64,000 bases of DNA, taken from Podarcis pityusensis (taxonomy: Eukaryota). Numbering within the stretch: the stretch's first letter is position 1; the number at the start of each line of letters is the position of its first letter. Made by a program: the position numbers and the translations under genes. Shown here in pieces: positions 14,553 to 29,248 of the stretch. The notes below the pieces were generated by a model. It saw only the letters and a program-made list of their open reading frames with translations. It ran no database searches and was not told the DNA's origin. Location of the stretch: the NCBI GenBank assembly GCA_964106645.2, contig OZ067046.1, one strand, 5' to 3'.

Positions 14553-16366
14553 TAAGAGAAATTATTTAATAGTCCTTAAATACTTTATCTGGTTTCCATA
14601 CATTATTGTCTATAGATTGTGCAAGTTCATAGAATTAAATGTTGGGCCCCTCCAGACTGGCGTTTATTGTGGTGTGGGTGTATTTGGCAACATGTTACTG
14701 ACACAATGATAGTACATTGGTAGTAGATTTGTTCTGCTTTATTAGTTATTTTGTGATGCTTCCCCAGTTCTAACACATTCTTGCTGTTTAGAGGGGCTGA
14801 AGCACAACAAAATTGGATTAAAACGACAACTAAGAACACTCATGGCATGAAAATTTGTGGGATTTCAGCAGCAAGCTGCAGGATTTGCACTGATTAGAAA
14901 TGGAACTAGATTCAAGTAGTATTGAAAGCAGGGTCACATATGGTCACCCCAATTGCAACATGAGCACAAATCATTATGCAATGAAAAGTATATCTGGAGG
15001 GGACCATTGACCATTTAATGTGCAATTATTAATCTTATTTTTTTATTTATTTAATATGACACCCTTCATCACAGTTAGTTGGATCACAATTAAATCTCAT
15101 TGAAATCAAATGCTAATATCACCCCCATTTATTTTAGTGGGCATAAAGCATGACTAATTTAGTATTGCTGCAATCCATGGTTTTTATTTAATTCTATAAC
15201 ACCATTATTAGTAAGCTGCACTCAGCTCTGGTGAGTTATCTGGGGTGGGGCTGTTTCTTTGAGCAACAGACCTCACTTGAAATATGACATATTTCAACTT
15301 GCCTTTAAAACTCCATTCAGTTTCAAGACAGGACTTTACATTGTGTTATAAAATAAAGCAACCTTCCTGAAGAGGTTAAAATACTTTTCATGCTGGAGCT
15401 GCCAAGTTGCTTTTCTCCAGCACGATATAAACAGATTTTCGAAACTTGCCAAGAGTATCAGTGTAACAGGCTTCATATGAAAGAAGCATAATGTAGTTTA
15501 TATGTTGCTCATGTGCCGCTCATTAGATTGATTCAATGCCTTCTGGTGCTTGATCACAAACTGTAGCAACATTTATGGGGCATTGCCAAACAACAAAAGA
15601 TGACAAGTTTAGTAGCATGCATGACAACACCAGAAGGCATTGCTAGTAATTTTGCCTGAAACCACAGGAAAAATGACCAGCAGATGTAGTACAATTTGCA
15701 TTGTTATTTTCATCATGGCGAGCAGACCAAGTTGCCCCCATGTATCACTCAGAGAAGGAGCTGCAAGGAATATGCTTCCCTTTCCCTGCAAGGAAGTATA
15801 CTGTGTTCCAACTGGTAGTTGTCCAGGGACTTCAAAGATTAAGGGAAGCATGTTTCTATGTCTATCACCAGCCAAGGCACTCTGGACTACTGAGATGCTG
15901 CCTCCCCTGCTTTCCTGCCCCATCCATTAGCTACTTCAGTGCCTGCTTTCCTTTCACCTCCTAATTCCCTTTCCCTTTCCATTAAAAAATTAAAAATCTT
16001 TTTGTATCATGGCAATAAATTGTGAGCCTGCAGGCAAGGACTGCCTTGTCTTTTAACATATATATACTGAACTTCTAAAATCCTAAAAAGCATAACAACA
16101 CAGTTGTCTCTACCTTTTTTTTCTGATTTGGACATAGCTATAATGCAAGAGTATGGTCACAGGATGCATGACAGAAACTTTGAACAAGCTTGAAGTGTGA
16201 TTTAGCAGGAAAATTACATTTTGCTGTTCAAGGTACAGCACTCCCCTAAGTCCTGTGTGTCAGTCAAACTGCACATTATGTTGGACATGTAGCCTGCAGC
16301 TGCATATGCAATTTTTCTTGGTCAAAAGTAAGTGTGGAGGCCCAGGTCTAGATCAGAAGCAAGGTG

Positions 16367-16547
16367 CATGTGGAGGGGAGGTTTAATCCTCCCTTTCACC
16401 CGCTGAAACTTCTACCTGCACCTGGCCCCCAGCCCAGCCCAGCAGTTACTGATAGTAAAACACCTCCCATTCATGCCCATGGGGACTTCTTTACTATCAG
16501 TAACAGTTGTGTGCAGAGGAAGGAGGATTAAACCTCCCCTCCCCATG
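16367..16547. repeat. Long nested inverted repeat (palindromic MITE-like element)
   Basis: Perfect 21-bp arms 16372-16392 / 16522-16542 and perfect 15-bp inner arms 16445-16459 / 16490-16504. Confidence 0.8.
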
Positions 16548-16597
16548 GTAACTTTTGAGTAATTTTTTCTTACTCAAAATAACTGCAGGCTACATAC

Positions 16598-16952
16598 CGT
16601 GGGTGGCGCTGTGGGTTAAACCACAGAGCCTAGGACTTGCCGATCAGAAGGTCGGCGGTTCGAATCCCCGTGACGGGGTGAGCTCCCGTTGCTCGGTCCC
16701 TCCTGCCAACCTAGACGTTCGAAAGCACCTCAAAAGTGCAAGTAGATAAATAGGTACTGCTCCGGAGGGAAGGTAAACGGCGTTTCCGTGCGCTGCTCTG
16801 GTTCCCCAGAAGCGGCTTCGTCATGCTGGTCACATGACGCAGAAGCTGTACGCTGGCTCTCTCGGCCAATAAAGTGAGATGAGCGCCACAACCCCAGAGT
16901 CGGCCACGACTGGACCTAATGGTCAGGGGTCCCTTTACCTTTACCTTTACCT
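16598..16952 (+). mobile_element. Sauria SINE
   Basis: tRNA-like head (GGTGGCGCTGTGGG...GGTTCGAATCC), (ACCTTT)n tail, 7-bp TSD tacatac (16591-16597 / 16953-16959). Confidence 0.88.
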
Positions 16953-18789
16953 TACATACTAGACAGCAGCGTGCAGACTACATACTAAACCTCTGGTAGC
17001 GGCAATGGGAGGATAATCACATAGCGGATCTAATAAAAGAAAAAAAGTTGCATTAAAACAAATGCCTTTCAAAATACCCTAAAAACATAATTTCAACCTA
17101 TATTTATGTCATTGCTTACATAATTTTCTGGTTTGTTTTCTTGGCACAATCTGCTGGTTGGAGTCTTATCAGCTATTCAGCAATTTCGTGTCATTTGCCA
17201 TGTATGCAGCTCATTTGCCCTCATTTTTATCTCATACTAGAGTCCATAATGAACACCCTGAATTTCTCTTACATCATCCTAACGGTTAGTAAAGTTCAGT
17301 GAGTTTGTGTTGCAGGATATCCCTATTAGGTTTTGTGCCATTTTGATTTACACTGCTCAGGAAAGGAATTTGCCTTGTGTTATCTTGTCTTTCCCATAGG
17401 ACCATATTTAATACATGATGAAGACTTTTCCTCCCTTTGTTTACACATTCTAAGTTATGCTGTGGGAAGTAATATTTCTTGCAAGGGAAAAGAGAGGAGT
17501 TTCCTTCTATTTCCACACATTTTTCTTGAATGTCCAGCTTAGCAAATATATTCCTTACTTTCACAGCTAGTGTTCAGTGTGATCACCCCCAATTTCCAGC
17601 TGTTTCTAGTTCAGAAGAACTGGGCCAGATGCCTCCAGTCATCATCAACATATGATAAACAAAACAGGCAGGGTTTAAGTTTGATGCAATCAGTTGCTGT
17701 TAGCTGAATTTCTTAAGTGTGGTAGAAAGCTTGAGTAACTGAGTGCTTAAATACTCAGGAAAATTGGGCAGCGGGGCCACAACAGAGATGCGTTGCACTG
17801 TTGGTAGCAAATATTAGATTTTAATACAAAGAGCCAGAGAATTGCAGAAGAAGCAAAAGACTGGATAGAAATTCTTGTGCCTCAATACAAGCTGATATAG
17901 TTTCCCCCAGGAATGCTGTGCATGGGATTGTACATGGCTTATATCTCATGGGTGGGATTCAGGGTTTTTATTCTGCTCACTTTTTATTCAGGGTGCCTGA
18001 GGAGAGTGCCATTTGTTCTATTCTACAAATCTCTCTGGTGGTCAGCATTCAGTACCACCAGAGAATCAGTTGAGAAGCATGACTGGTTTATGTGGAGGTT
18101 ATAGGACAGGTTATATGACTTCCTAGTTAATCCCACACTTTCTAGTGCATTTCCCCATTGGTTTCCTTAACACAAAGTGTGGGCTTGTTGCACCAATGTG
18201 TGCCAGAGTCCTTTAAGCCACTTTAATTGAGCAAACTTAAATGTTGCAGTATGCAATGGAATCCCTCCCACAAAAGAGTGCAAGTCTGGCGGGGACCTAA
18301 GCTAAACATCTGATGACAATCCTGTTTTCATGTGAACACTGAAACATAGGACTGGTGTAGCTTCAAAACTGGCTTTCTTAAATTCAGTTGAGAGACAGAT
18401 TGTGTATTGCCATGAAATGCTGAAAAGTCCAAAATGCTACTGTTCATGCCACATTTTATTAAATACAATAATGGAAAAAAGCTTGCCCAGCTTTGAGGAA
18501 ATGTGTATATAATAAATCCATTCTCTTTTTAAATTCCACTATATATCACTTATGTGGTCTAGGAGCTTCAACATTTCCCAAGAAAAACAATCTAAAGCAA
18601 ACAAATTCCTCACCTTACTTATGGTGGCTCAGATATAAATCACAGCTATGTAAGGAAAACCTAGAGGGTCTTGAGGTTTCTTTAAATACCTCAGATTTAC
18701 ACTTGTGCCACTTAAACTGAAGAAATTAACTTATTTGGTAAAAATCCAGAGAACATGTCAGCATGTATAAATACTTACAGTACATTTAA

Positions 18790-18881
18790 TGAATGAACCA
18801 CACAATCCTACTTGCAGAAGCCAGAAATGGAACCTGGGACCTTTCACATGCAAAATATGCACTACAGCTAAGCTACAGCCC
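18790..18881 (-). mobile_element. Old tRNA-derived SINE head fragment
   Basis: - strand GGGCTGTAGCTTAG...GGTCCCAGGTTCCATTTCTGGC. Related degenerate copies at ~25952-26027 (+), ~10447-10586 (+) and ~54650-54760 (+). Confidence 0.55.
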
Positions 18882-21645
18882 TTCTCAAATGCATGGCTGC
18901 CATGAAAATTAGCAGCTCTGTGTCTCCTGACCCCCTTCCCCTCCATGGCTATTGCATCTAATCCATGCCTCCGTAAGTTAGACAGATGACTACTGTGGAC
19001 AGAATCTCTTCTGCACTGGCACCAAGACTGTGTACCTTCCTTTTTAGGCATATTTGCCTGCTGCCATTATTATCAGAAGGCTAAACCTGTTCTATTCATC
19101 TGACTCACTGATAGACTTAATATTGATTTTCTTATCGTTGCTGTGAGTCTTTTACATTTTATGTTTTTCTGATGTTTTGTTTTTCTTTCCCTGCTGTTTG
19201 GTTTTTCTGTTTCATATGTTCTCAAGTTGTTAGATTTGTTTTATAGTTGGTATTTATATTGTTGTATCTGTTGTTCATAAGTTGGCTTGAGAATCAAAAT
19301 AGTGGAAAGCTGAGGTATAAATATTTTAGTCAAATAGAATTTACTTGTGTTCAGATGTCATGACACTTGGTGTCCCCACCAACCTCTGCTGTTGGCAGCC
19401 AATGACATGCTGCAGGCATGAGCAATTGCTGAATGCCAAGACATGCATAAGTTCTACTAGACAATGCAAAGGTTGAGAGTGGTGATTAGACCATGTGGAG
19501 GAGCTTGACGCATGGCCACCATGCATTCACATGAATCATTTGTCTTTGCTATTCAAGCCCCAAACCCTCTTGATCATGTAGAACTAACTGTGTGGCTCGG
19601 TATTGTGTTCTTTGGCATTAGATTGTTTTTTTGGAAGAATACTGAAATTTGTAGATTGCATCAGTGGAATGGAAAAGAAACATTGGTTGCATGCATGATT
19701 GCCAAAGTTTGGTAGACTTTCTAAATATTAAGATGATGATGTTCCATAAAAAATAAATCCAAGTAACTGGACTGAAAAAGCTTATAGATTTGGCTATCTT
19801 CCTAAACCTCAGTTAATATTTTACACCTGTACATTAGTGAGCTTGCTGTAGTCGCAGATTAATATTTATAGTGGGAAAATGTAACATAAAATGTAGTAAG
19901 TACTTTTGAAATCATAAAAATGTCAGCCAATGAAAACATGACCAAGACATAGCAGCAATGGAAAGAACATGCATGTGTTAAATAAACAAGGTTATAAAGT
20001 AAACATTATAGCACAAAAAGCACTCCTTTGGTGCTTTAAATTACATCGCCCTCTTATATGTGATGGGGGAATACCTGTGTATAATTTGGGCATGTGGTGG
20101 AAATTTATTCTAATACCAAATGTTCTTTATATGTCCATTGAGAACTCTTTATTTTGAATGTAGTGTTGCTCTCTAAAACTATTGCAATCTGCATCATGTT
20201 ATACTTTAGCCACCAAACAGTATCTAACAGAGAGGGGCCTCTATCTAGATTAAAATCAGAGTGAAGCCTGCAATCCTGTATATATTTACTTGGTACTATG
20301 TCTCACTGAAGTCATAAAAGCATGAATAGGAGTTGTTCAGCTCAAACATGTCTGTCCATGGTTTGCTTTGAGATGCCTTATATGGTAGCCCAGCAAATAC
20401 AGCTGGGGCTTATGAAGAAATCCATGTTACGTAGGAGTCTATCTTGAGATAACATTGCACAGGAAGCTCTAATAACAAGGCCTCTTGTTCTAGCATGAAA
20501 TGCCCCCAGGTTTTCAGAGTAAAAGAAATCACTTTTCTTTATTAAGCAAGAGCCAATGTTGTTGAACATTGCTGTGTTTCTGGAGATGCTCCACAGGATG
20601 CCGTATTAAGCAATTTGTAGTTATCTGGATTTACTCAACGGCCATATATGATGGTCATTAGCATGAAAAATAAATATGGAAGGGCTCTGAGTCGCTTTGG
20701 TTTATGATATATATGCAATAATAAGTTGTATTTAAGGATAGATTAAGCAATGGCTGTTCAATATGAACTAATTTCCTTATGGTACCCAAGGAAATTGAGT
20801 TGTTAAATATCCTTGGATGGATCTTGAAAAGAAGTGCTTAACTTTGGATCCCAGCAGTAGATGTAACTTTAAAAAGGTCTCCTGCACTTTGTCACTGTCT
20901 GGCAGACTTAGCTCATATATGGGGAAAAACAGCTGTCAGGGAGTTGAACATTCCTTGCAATATCTGCAATCTATATAATTGTTCATGTGTGAAGGGGGGT
21001 GAGAGAGAACTTGGAACAAGAAGAGGCATGTAGTTTGTGGCTAACGAGTTAAACAAATAATCTTAGGTCCATTTTGTGAAGATGAATGGATAGCGCTGCT
21101 TAAGGTCATTGTTCTTTGGGTTTCCTTGCTATACATGTGCAACTCATACAAATTCAAATTTCTAGGCTCTTTCATTCTTTGTTATGGACCATTGGGGTTT
21201 TGCATTTGTTTTATTGGACTTTTGATTATCTATTTGTCCCTTTTCACAAATAAGTTTTAAAGTGACTTGCAACAAAAGTAACATTCAGAAATGTAATACA
21301 TAGCAAACTTATCAATTAATACAGTACATCTAACTAAAAGGGTTCATCCACAATAGTCAATTGTATATCTTGCCCCATCCCAAAAAAGGAGGGACTGCTA
21401 AACTAGCCCCCGAAATTGCAACAGTATTGTTGGCCAAATGCCTGGGAGAATAAAAATGTTTTCCCCTGGAGCCAAAAAGACAACAATGTTGATGCTAGGT
21501 GAGCATCTTTGGGGAAAGTGTCCTACGAGCAGGGACTACTGAAAAAACACCATTCTCCTTTGCTACCCAAGCCTCTCCAAAGGCCTCAGCTTAGTAGTAT
21601 TTTTATCTGTATTGTTGTTTTTAGTGTTGAACTGATCCAATTGAC

Positions 21646-21893
21646 CAGGTGTGCTAACTCTAGGGGGATGAGGTATCTTCACCCCCCTCAATATTTGTTG
21701 GAAGGGGGCTGGTCCCCTCAATGTTGAGGGGGCAGACGAGGTTGAGCATGGAGCCAAGTGCAGCACACCTTCAGTGACTGGCTCCCCCTTAGTGCTCGGT
21801 CTCCTCCAGACATTGCGATGACATGACATGACCTCACACATTCGCAATGCACGTTCGGGCCCTGTCAATATTGGGGGCATCTTGGTGTCTCTG
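21646..21893. mobile_element. hAT-type MITE (degenerate)
   Basis: 8-bp TSD caattga(c/t) (21638-21645 / 21894-21901), CAG...CTG termini, GC-rich interior. Confidence 0.65.
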
Positions 21894-23557
21894 CAATTGA
21901 TTAAACTGTACAAAAGAGTTGCCTCTAATGTTAGTTGTACTAGAATATACCCATTTAAATTTTTGCAGAACACGACTAACTTAGGTCTATTAATTTCATT
22001 GGGCCTACTCTTAGCAAAACTTAGTTGGATACAACCAATATCTTCATGTCCCAGGAACTGGTGAAAATTTCATCTTATAAAACTTTTTAATGGAGTGCAC
22101 TGGATTTTTGTTTTCATAGAGGGTATTTTAAGCATGCTTCAAACCATCAAGGCATATACTGTGGCACAATCCTATTTAACCTTTATACGAAACTGCCAGA
22201 AGCTGTCATCCAGAGTTTTGGGGATAAAGTATGTTGACCAACCCAGCTCCCTCTTGCCATTCCAGCAGAATCAGGAGAGGCTGTTTGTTTAAGGTGTTGG
22301 ACTGATACGTGGAATCAGTAATAGGCTGGATGAAGGTCAGTAAACTTAATATGAATCCTGACAAGGAGACACTGCAGATTGGTGGCTCTGGGCAGCAGGC
22401 AAGCTACTTGCTCTGGAGGGGGTAGCACTCCCTCCCCCCCAAAAAAGAGCAGGTGTGTAATTGATTCCAACTTATACAGGTGCAGAGGGAATGATTTTTA
22501 CTCTGTAGGTCATACAGTTCATAATTTTAAGAGTTGATATAAGCCAATGTATTAATTATGACTAAAGTAATACTTTGGCTTATATTAATTTCATAAGGAC
22601 TAAGCAAAATGGCATCTGCCCTTGAAAGGAACTTTTTTTTTATAAGCAGTGCTGTCTGCGATTGTATATTTTTGGGGGATGGGAGGTAGCTTTCACCCAT
22701 AAAAACTGCTTGCATGATTTGCCTAATAATTTGCAAAAGTCAGCAAGTCAGAACGGATGTCTCCCTTACCTACAGTAGGGTTGAATTTATCAGCCTCTTG
22801 AACACTAAAAAAGGACATCTGCAATGCACATTTAGATGCTGAGATTGAGAACTCTCCATAGAACTGTGTGTTTTATTCACTTAGATAATGTGGACATCCT
22901 AAGAGAACACTATGATTGCAGCCTGGTTTCCTGTACAGTAAGTGCCTTATACTAAGGTTTATAGCCAATCTAGGATTGGCAGGGACAGCAAAAACATTTT
23001 ATAGTATATTTCCCCAACTTCAAATTATGCTGCGTTATTCCTGGCTGAGAAACAGTGAAACTGTAAGAATGAAATAATTTTAATCCTGGAGTATTCATTT
23101 CTTTCTGATTATACAAGTTGGTTGGAAGTGGGTTTAATAATGTTGGCAGATGACGCAAGTCTTTGTAAAAGACACATGATGAAGCTTGCAGTGACCGATG
23201 AGTACACAATAAATTTGATTTATAATTGCTCTCTGGGAAAGCAGTGTCTCATATTATATCATATTATATTATATATAATATTATATATTATAAATGTAGA
23301 CTTGATATTACAGTATATGATACCCAAACATGGTTTAAGAAGCAGCTGAACATGAAAATGTTAGATGTTGACCAAAGGAACAGCATAACGGGCTGGATCC
23401 AGACATGACTCCCATCAGAAGTGAGGAGGTAACTTTTGTTGATTTTAGACTAGTGTGGGAATGGTGCAAAAGTTGACTTCTCACACTTTGCCACTGGATC
23501 CATGGACAGAAGGAGCTGTTCAGTTTGCAGAAGCTGAAGTATAGCTACTTGGATGAT

Positions 23558-23807
23558 AAGAAGAAGAAGAAGAGTTTGGATTTGATATCCCGCCTTTCAC
23601 TCCCCTTCAGGAGTCTCAAAGCGGCTAACATTCTCCTTTCCCTTCCTCCCCCACAACAAACACTCTGTGGGGTGAGTGGGGCTGAGAGACTTCAAAGAAG
23701 TGTGACTGGCCCAAGGTCACCCAGCAGCTGCATGTGGAGGAGCGGAGACGCAAACCCGGTTTCCCAGATTACGAGACTACCGCTCTTAACCACTACACCA
23801 CACTGAC
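23558..23807 (-). mobile_element. tRNA-derived SINE, Squam3-like
   Basis: - strand head CAGTGTGGTGTAGTGGTTAAGAGC, about 250 bp, (CTT)n tail; second near-identical copy at 59202-59439. Confidence 0.8.
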
Positions 23808-25373
23808 ATAAAATATGTCTTCTTGTCAGATACCTGTGACCTAGCTCCTACAAGCAACAGATGAAATGGGAAATCTGTTTTTCAACTGTAGCGTTGCAAA
23901 CTGCAGATAGGGATTGGCATGTCTGAAAAGGAAAAAAAAGTCCCTGCATATAGAAAACTGGATGTCAGAAAGAAGGGTTCTCAACCAACTTTCTTCCTGG
24001 CATATTAAATTTCTACACACAGGGGATGTTTCATTTGGAGGAGCATTTAAACCTCTTGCAAGCTGAAGTAGTATGCCTCAAACATACGTTTATCATCTAA
24101 TCGGCTGCTTGTGGCGACTGGTGTTGCTTGTGTCAGTACAAAATTAAATGGGCTTTTGTTGGGGCCCTGTATACTGCTTATTAATTATTTGATGTGCAAT
24201 ATTAATGATTTATTTCAGAGTGCCTTATTTGTAGTCAAGGTTTGCAGCAAAATGTAGCATAAGGATTCTTCCCTGTCTGAACTAGTTTAGCTTCCTAGAA
24301 GATTCACACTATAAAATACATTATTTTTAACTCACACAGCTGCTGATTTTATGCAAAGATTAAATGGATTAAGGAAAATACATAGCTTGTAGATCCCAAT
24401 ATGTTGCAGTTGAACCAGTTTATGTTGGATAACATTATGATGTATGAATACTGCATAGTACTGTGCAAGGATATGCGATGCTTTATGAAACAGTCCTAAG
24501 ATCTGTTGGGCTAACAAAAAAGAAGAAGAAAAGTGCAAGATCACCAACTGCAATATTGTATTGACAATGAGCTGTTAATGCAGGTGGATATGTTGACCCA
24601 TTTCACACATCATGATAAACTGTAGTTAATGCTTAGTGTAAATGCCCAAGAGGCTCTCTTCACAACACTTCTCTAGCCAGTAAGAGCAACATAGCATGAT
24701 TCCTGACTTAAGTGTTATGGCCAAACTAGGGATCATGGTTTGTTGTGTTCAAACAATTAATAAGCAAAGAACAAACCTTGGTGTAACAAAATATGATCTC
24801 TGGTTTGGATGCAATGCTAAGTGGGGAATTGTGGTTTGTTGGACCTGCTGGATAAGAGGAGAGGTGCAAAGTGGGGGCCTCTTGTGCATTTATGGTAAAC
24901 TATTACTGTATTGGCCTGAATATAACCCTCACCTTTTCCCCAAATTCTGACCATGAAAAGTGACTTTTATGATATCGCTGCTGAAACAGACATATGGTAG
25001 AACGGAATGGGTGTGAGTGCCTGCAGAATTTTAAGTGAGTGGCTTATATTCGGGTGCCACTTATATTCAGGCCAATACGGCAACTATGGTTTACCATTAC
25101 TGCTACTGTCATGACCATAGCTGCTGTTTTTCTCAGTGTAGATGGATTTCAAGGAGTAGTTGGACTGGACATCCTGTTGTGGTGTGGTTTGATCTGAACT
25201 GAACTGTTGCTATTAATTTTCAAAACCATTGATATGCCTACTAATTACAGATGTTTATCTTTTCCTATAGCAGGCAATATTAAAGATGGAAGATAATTTC
25301 TATTGAACCTCAATTCTATTGTTCCTGTAGTATCTTAATTAAAAAGTCACCTTTAAAATTTTCCTGTTTCTAG

Positions 25374-25579
25374 AGGTTCTGCACGAGCAAGGACCATGGC
25401 ATATTTTGGAGAAGGAAAGGGCCCCATCCATGTGGACAATGTGAAATGTACAGGAAATGAAAGATCTCTTGCTGACTGCATTAAACAGGATATTGGCAGA
25501 CACAATTGTCGTCATAGTGAAGATGCGGGGGTGATCTGTGACTACCTTAGCAAGAAGACACCTGCAAACAGTAATAAAG
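25374..25579 (+). CDS. PRSS12: Neurotrypsin exon, SRCR4 C-half
   Basis: ttctAG acceptor, GTgaag donor; GSARARTMAYFGEGKGPIHVDNVKCTGNERSLADCIKQDIGRHNCRHSEDAGVICDY. Confidence 0.95.
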
Positions 25580-25791
25580 GTGAAGTGGGTATTATATTGA
25601 TTTCTTCAGTGCTTGCTGGAAGGAGGAAAAAATATATTGATGTGGATTGTGTGTTTCTTTTTAATAAAAAAGATACAGAAGTAGTGGGTCAGCCCTAGTA
25701 ATGCCATACAGAAAACAAGCCAACACTTGAAATAGTGCTCTGCTGTTTCCTGATGGGAGACTCTAATGTCTATGATTTCATTCCTGCATAG

Positions 25792-25870
25792 ATTCTCTTT
25801 CTTCTGTGTGTGGTTTGAGGTTACTGCATCGTCGGCAGAAGCGGATCATTGGAGGGAAAAATTCTTTAAG
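25792..25870 (+). CDS. PRSS12: Neurotrypsin exon with zymogen activation site
   Basis: catAG acceptor, GTaaat donor; SLSSVCGLRLLHRRQKR|IIGGKNSL, a proprotein-convertase site followed by IIGG. Confidence 0.95.
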
Positions 25871-26240
25871 GTAAATGGAGCAATTTTTAAAAAATGATAC
25901 TTGGGCAAAAAGCTATTAGCTTGGATTCAAAGAACCAGAGTGTGAAAAGGCGAGGGCCTTAGCTCAGTCATAGGGCACACACCTTGCTTGCAGGTGGTCC
26001 CAGGCTCATTTCTTGTCATTTCCAGGTGAGATGCAGGGACAATCTTGTTTGCAACAAAACATGTAACTCAAGAAGAGCTAGTTTTATTGGTTTACAATAG
26101 GAGAAAAGACTGCCGCTTGCCGAATAATTTATAAATGTAATCTTAATTCAGAATATCACTTAACAAGTCTCATCAGTTCATGTCGCCGAACAGATTTTGC
26201 AGCTCCTGCAGGGGACAGAGGTAAGCTGCAGAACTACTGA

Positions 26241-26516
<276 letters not shown>

Positions 26517-28513
26517 TAGTATAGGAAGGAGACCAGTGCAAGGAAGACAAAGACCCTACTGACAGTTAATTTTGAGATTCAGCCAAGAGCACTGCATGTC
26601 CAGCCATTCCAGGCCAGTGCAGAAACATTAATTGGGTCCTTCAGTCAGGATTTGAATTTGCTCAGCAGCAACCCAGTGAGACAGAGTAAAGCATGACCAG
26701 TGATCAAAACCAGGCTCAGTATTGTAGCTTAAATGAATCAATAGTAAATGAATAAATACTTTTATTAGTGTTACAATGCTTCACTTAAGGCATATAGAAA
26801 ATGTCATTTTGAAAATTGCAGAAAATTAACTATCAGCAGTGAAATACAGTAGGAAATAATCCATAATAATGACACAATTCATCATAATTTAATTAGTTCA
26901 TAAACTAACAGTTGTATTTACAAATCAAGCAACCAGTTACATAGCGCAACAGAACCGCCAGGTTCTCAAGGTACTAAGCATTTTTAAATAAAGTTGATCA
27001 TTGCCAGTCCAGGACAGTAAGTTTATATATTGTGCCTTTCAACTGGGCAAAAGCTTGTGACTGGCTGACTCAGTTACAAAGTCCATGGTAAGTTCAAGCA
27101 ACTGATGAGTGGGCAGCCCTGTGGAGGATGGTGGAGCTCAGCATCCTGCCTTCTAAACAGATCCTGTTCTCAATCTGATTTAGATTTTGAAATTCCCTTA
27201 ACAGTCAACAACATTGGGGTTAAAAAAAGAGTAATTGTTTTCTTGCTTCTAGTGCATATAAAGCTACCTTGTAGGTAACAAACGTTTCTGATCCTCTGAA
27301 ATGGCCATCTGATCCCGTCCACACCCACTCCCTGTCCAAATTCAGAGGATCAGAAATAAAGTGGAAGTTGATGTAGTAGTTTAAAATAACTTAAGCATAG
27401 ATCATAGAATATGTGTGAAGTGGATCTACTGTACAAGCATGATATGTAGTCTAGATATCTTAAAAGCTTCGTTATAGTACAGCATCATTCAAACTTGACT
27501 GAGATGAATAGAACTTCCTCTTAAAATGATGAAAAGTTACTAAATATGCAGAGTAAAGAGAGACAAATTTAACAGCAAGTTTCTCTAGCTGCATTGCATT
27601 TCTGCCTTTGGGACCCACTTGAGAAAGCTGAGACTGTGGTGCAAGGGCTGAGCCAGTCGCAAAATGTTGGCAGATGGAGGCAAAGTTTGGCATAATCAGC
27701 TAGCAAGCACTGACACAATTTTCTACCAATATCAAATTCATCTTTGGAAATTGTTAAGTTTCTTTCCCACAGCGTTTTTATTTGTAGCAATGAGTTCCAT
27801 AGCTCAGCTCTTGCAACTTCCTGTAGGGCAATTGTGTGTTTCACAGTGATGGTTATTATCAGTCTGTCAGTGACTACTTAATACAAGAAGTCCTCAGAGG
27901 AGGCTGTATGCATGCATACAGTGGTGCTTATGTTTACAATAGTCTAAAGAGGGCTGTAAAAATTGGCTAAGGGACTGGTAACTTCAGCCAAATTGTTATC
28001 CTCTTAGTATATAATCTCACCCGCTGAAGAGGTGATGTGGGGAGTGGAATTCGGCAGGGAACCTAATCCTTTTCCTGTATCAGGATGCTTTTTAAACTCC
28101 ATTTATACATCTGCTCTGTGAATAATCTGCCGCATGGTAGAGCAAGTACACATAAAACGCTCTGCAGCCTTTATTTTTCGGCTTTCTTCCTAAACCAGCG
28201 CGAGTTCACCGCAAAAGAACAACTGTGCTATCTCTTATTTCCCAGCCTACACATCCTGTGCCGTTTCAGGACATTGCATTGACAGAAAGCACCTTAGCTA
28301 GGCCAGATACTGAAAAAGAACTACAACAGATTTCCAGCACTGAGGAGCTCATGTAGGACCCATACTCTGGAGTTTCGAAATTCTGCAGCACTTAGGTCAC
28401 ACAATATTATTTGCATATTCTCACACAAGCATACACACAAATGTCTCCTAATCTGTCCTAGTCATTTGTCACCCAAAATCTGCCAAATTATACAAAATGT
28501 AATCTGTTCTATA

Positions 28514-28730
28514 CAGCAGTGTAGCTAGCCGCTAGGGCAGATGTAAGCCGCACGATGCCTTTTCGGGCAGCGCAGAGCTTGCAATGCAGTCTGCCCACTG
28601 CCTCTCCATCAGCTGTTTCGGGCAGTGCAGAGACATGTGGCTCGGGCACACTGCAGGCCCCGTGGTAAGTGCAACCCCCCACGGTGTGGCGCCCACTGTG
28701 CCTTGCCCCGCCCCCCCAGCTATGCCTCTG
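28514..28730. mobile_element. hAT-type MITE
   Basis: Perfect 8-bp TSD gttctata (28506-28513 / 28731-28738); imperfect CAG..TAGCT TIRs; GC-rich interior. Confidence 0.8.
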
Positions 28731-28895
28731 GTTCTATATATCTGTATCCGAAAGGCTGCCTCTATTTTACAGATTTTTCCAAACTGCAAATGGTAAATAT
28801 ACCTTTGCTTTATGGGAAACGATAGCCTAGTGGGGAATTTTTTATTGACTAGTGCAGGAAACAAAATCGGTTTACTTGTCCACATATAGGCAATT

Positions 28896-29248
28896 TCAGA
28901 GGGACGCTGGTGGCACTGTGGGTTAAACCACAGAGCCTAGGACTTGCTGATCAGGTCGGCGGTTTGAATCCCCACGACAGGGTGAGCTCCCGTTTCTCGG
29001 TCCCTGCTCCTGCCAACCTAGCTGTTCGAAAGCACGTCAAAGTGCAAGTAGATAAATAGGTACTGCTCTGGCGGCAAGGTAAATGGTGTTTGCGTGCGCT
29101 GCTCTGGTTCGCCAGAAGTGGCTTAGTCATGCTGGCCGCATGACCCGGAAGCTGTACGCCAGCTCCCTCGGCCAATAAAGCGAGATGAGCGCCGCAACCC
29201 CAGAGTCTGCCACGACTGGACCTAATGGTCAGGGGTCCCTTTACCTTT
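28896..29248 (+). mobile_element. Sauria SINE
   Basis: Same family; 12-bp TSD atataggcaatt (28884-28895 / 29249-29260). Confidence 0.88.

Noticed and set aside
25038-25081. Mariner/Tc1-like TIR fragment (cttatattc twice, then aatacgg)
   Set aside because: Only one end is visible and there is no partner TIR, so it was not called as a feature
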